From the sequence record CP109674.1: a stretch of DNA of 64,000 bases; one strand, written 5' to 3'. This DNA is from a plasmid. Position numbers and translations under genes: made by a program. Position 1 is the first letter of the stretch; each line of letters opens with the position of its first letter. Of the stretch, positions 61,650 to 64,000 are shown piece by piece. The notes beneath the pieces were generated by a model. The model saw only the letters and a program-made list of their open reading frames with translations. It was not told the DNA's origin and searched no databases.

Positions 61650-62579
61650 CTAGCTGACCTGAGACGGAGCAAGCATTCCGAGCCACGCTACGGCGCCCAG
61701 AATGATAATCGCAACAACGAATTCTGTCAGGATGCTGTTTCGCATCAGGGCAACGCTGCGATCATAATTCCCTTCCCTGACCATAACTTCAAGCCGGGGA
61801 CCCAGGTGAAACCGGTTTGCTGCAGCCAGAAGAAGCATCAGAACAAACAGAGCCGTCTTGGCAAGCAATATCCTCCCCCAGGAACTGTTGAATAAGGGAG
61901 TTAAGTTACCCTCAGCAATATACAGATAGTTGACCAGCGCACTCAGGATCAGGGCTACAACAATCACCGTTCCTGCCGTGGCAAATTTTGCCAGGGAGTC
62001 AGATATCACAATGACGCTCTGTGCATTATGCTCGTTTCTGCGCATCAGCAGGATAGCAAATGCAACCAGAGCACCTGTCCAGGCACCTGCAGCGCCGAGA
62101 TGGGTCAGATCGCTCAGTAAATGGAGATAGTAATGCAGACCGTCATGCATAACGGCGTGTCCTCCCCAGGCAAGTGTAGCCAGCGCCACGCCCCCACTCA
62201 TCGTCATCAGCAGGCAGGACAATACTCTCTTATTAGTGTAAAGGAACAAAGCACCGAGTGTGGTAAACAGGGCACAGAGCCTGACAATCCAGCTAATACC
62301 CACATCAGTTTCTTCTATCACCATCTCGATAACATGGATGGATAATTCTCTGAGGTCAGTTACTCCACTCATGGCATTAGATACCAGGAGCATATTAATG
62401 CCAGTAAGAATGATGCCTGTAACAACAGCAAAGGTTATAAACGACCTGAAATTAGTCAGGTTATAGGTTTCATGTCTGACACCGCTTATTCCATATATCT
62501 GAAAAAATGGCAATCCAAATATTACCATCAAATCCAGATAAAGAAGAAAACGAATAACAATCATAATCAGGTCGTTCAT
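61650..62579 (-). CDS. pcoD: PcoD/CopD copper-resistance inner-membrane protein
   Basis: 309 aa with 8 TM segments. Confidence 0.88.
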
Positions 62580-62583
62580 AATA

Positions 62584-62964
62584 TTACTTCACTGTAAAGG
62601 TGTAATTACCGGTAATAGGGTGCGTATCTGAAGAAACCGCGCGCCAGTCAACACGATAAGTGCCAGCGGGTAAAGGCTCTCGCGGAATAATGACCATCGA
62701 TTTAGGGTCAGCGCCTGGCGCCACTTTTGCCGCGACCGGCATCGGAGAATGTGATGACATGCCTTTCATACCCGTCATCGTTAATTTTGCACCTGAGAAT
62801 TTCACGGTCAGATTTTCCGAGAAATTAAGCTGAATCTTTTCCGGGGCCGCTACGGCTGAATCAGCCTGTGGCACAGAGCTTTTTAATTCCGGATGGGCCA
62901 TAGCAGAGAAAGCAACGCCCATAACGAGGCCACCTGTAAGAATGGCTTTATTTAAAATCGACAT
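62584..62964 (-). CDS. pcoC: PcoC/CopC periplasmic copper chaperone
   Basis: Product [52 protein letters not shown].. with a Met-rich loop [13 protein letters not shown]. Confidence 0.9.
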
Positions 62965-63003
62965 TTTATTTACCTGTTTAGTTGAGTGTTTTATATCAGT
63001 GCG

Positions 63004-63903
63004 TTAAAACCAGATTCTGGCTCCCGCCAGGAATACTACCTGATGGTCTTTCTCACCTTCTCTTTTCGCCATATCGGATGTTTTCCCGTAAAGTTGATTC
63101 CAGGAAACGCCTATATAGGGTGCAAACTCACGGCGTATTTCATAGCGCAGCCGGAGCCCCAGCTCTGTGTCAGTCAGTCCCCTGCCGCGACCCCGCGATT
63201 CATCATCCTGACTGTAGAAATTCACCTCATAGGATGGCTGGAGTATGAGCCGGTTAGTCAGTAAAACGTCGTATTCTCCTCCCAGACGAAGGGCTGCTTT
63301 TCCGCCATTACTGACAAAACCCGTAATTTCAGACTCAAAATTATAGAGTGCCAGCCCCTGAAAACCGACAGCAGCCCAGGTCCGGGCAGAAGCAGGTCTG
63401 AAATCCTGCCTGACACCCGCAACCAAATCCCACCATGGGCCAACCGCATGTCCCCAGAGTAACTGCGCTTCAGCCGCCTCCGTTTCCCCATTGCTTCGTT
63501 CACCTTCACTCTTTAGCCAAATCCGATCTGTGTCGCCTCCAATCCAGCTGTTAACACTCCAGCTGAAATTGTTGGTGTTATCCGACCGTTGCCATTCCAG
63601 TTGATCCAGCAGAACCAGATAATTAATCGCACTGTCGTGAATCGCATGCCCCTGTAAATTGCCGAATGCAGCCTTCCGGTCGGCATCGGTAACAGGCGGA
63701 ATTGGCGTTCTGCTCTCAGTTACAATGGGCTCCATTGACGTCATCTCAGTGAAATTCTCATCTGCTGGCATCTGCATGGCAGACATGTCGTGCCCGGCGT
63801 GGGGATCTGCAGAGACGGAGCCCGCCGCAATAGAAAACTGTGAGGTAAACAAACCGGCGACCAGAACAGGTATGGCCTTCAAATTTCTCTTCATTCGCAT
63901 CAT
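63004..63903 (-). CDS. pcoB: PcoB/CopB outer-membrane copper-resistance protein
   Basis: Product [51 protein letters not shown]... Confidence 0.9.
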   Translation of the reverse strand: MMRMKRNLKAIPVLVAGLFTSQFSIAAGSVSADPHAGHDMSAMQMPADENFTEMTSMEPIVTESRTPIPPVTDADRKAAFGNLQGHAIHDSAINYLVLLDQLEWQRSDNTNNFSWSVNSWIGGDTDRIWLKSEGERSNGETEAAEAQLLWGHAVGPWWDLVAGVRQDFRPASARTWAAVGFQGLALYNFESEITGFVSNGGKAALRLGGEYDVLLTNRLILQPSYEVNFYSQDDESRGRGRGLTDTELGLRLRYEIRREFAPYIGVSWNQLYGKTSDMAKREGEKDHQVVFLAGARIWF

Positions 63904-64000
63904 TCCTCCACCCGGACTTCACGAAACATTCCCATTTCCATGTGATAGAGCAAATGGCAGTGATACGCCCAGCGGCCAAGCGCATCTGCTGTCACTCTGT
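63900..64000 (-). CDS. pcoA: PcoA/CopA multicopper oxidase, C-terminal end (truncated by the window edge)
   Basis: The minus strand encodes ...[20 protein letters not shown]. Confidence 0.8.
   Translation of the reverse strand, partial: RVTADALGRWAYHCHLLYHMEMGMFREVRVEE

Overview
This 64-kb window is a mosaic multidrug- and metal-resistance region of a large enterobacterial plasmid, with IncHI2-like accessory content and an IncFII-type RepA replicon nearby. Reading left to right, the window holds these modules. (1) 1-1228: the 3'-truncated istA gene of an IS21-family element. (2) 1336-2155: IS26 copy 1. (3) 2301-3325: an unusual unit bounded by two inverted Tn402-type IRt ends, carrying an N-terminally truncated yafQ/relE-like toxin gene, a res-like region and a serine resolvase. 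(4) 3440-10280: class 1 integron #1. Its intI1 carries an 11-bp deletion and is followed by Pc, attI1, blaIMP-4, aac(6')-Ib (aacA4), catB3 fused directly to qacEdelta1, then sul1 and ISCR1. (5) 10281-12789: the ISCR1-captured module truncated sapA, a hypothetical ORF, SOS-regulated qnrB and truncated pspF. (6) 12786-15990: a second 3'-CS remnant with sul1 and a second ISCR1, part of a 3.2-kb direct repeat. (7) 15991-17493: the ISCR1-captured module truncated ligA, a dfrA19-like gene and a truncated ORF. (8) 17494-20612: class 1 integron #2. It has IRi and an intact intI1, but its attI1 is truncated and joined to a Tn5393 fragment carrying strA, strB and the 81-bp IRR. (9) 20687-21834: a SprT-like gene and a KorA-like gene. 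(10) 22238-23057: IS26 copy 2. (11) 23160-30294: the canonical mcr-9 context, in the order wbuC, mcr-9, IS903B, truncated pcoS, pcoE-like, rcnA and rcnR, with qseBC absent. (12) 30760-34570: an uncharacterised cluster of a hypothetical gene, a KfrA-like coiled-coil gene and a convergent DUF1173 gene with small ORFs. (13) 34719-41187: a Tn903-derived block of IS903B copies, a truncated MFS gene, an Fe-alcohol dehydrogenase, a LysR regulator and aph(3')-Ia. (14) 41230-43062: a hypothetical gene split by an IS5 insertion with CTAA target-site duplications. (15) 43091-51709: an arsenic module (sulP, usp, arsC, arsB, arsR and arsH) bracketed by two diverged ISNCY-like transposase genes. (16) 51883-52622: a GNAT/RHH toxin-antitoxin pair. 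(17) 53228-54700: an IncFII-family repA with a tap leader and an origin region containing a DnaA box. (18) 55178-58644: a DUF4225 gene, traX and parDE. (19) 58868-64000: the full pco operon from pcoE through pcoS, pcoR, pcoD, pcoC and pcoB to the start of pcoA. Two points stand out. Several mobility genes are inactivated by identical-sized 11-bp lesions: intI1 of integron #1 and the rcr gene of both ISCR1 copies. Several junctions are non-canonical. Coordinates derived by my own counting may be off by 1-2 bp.
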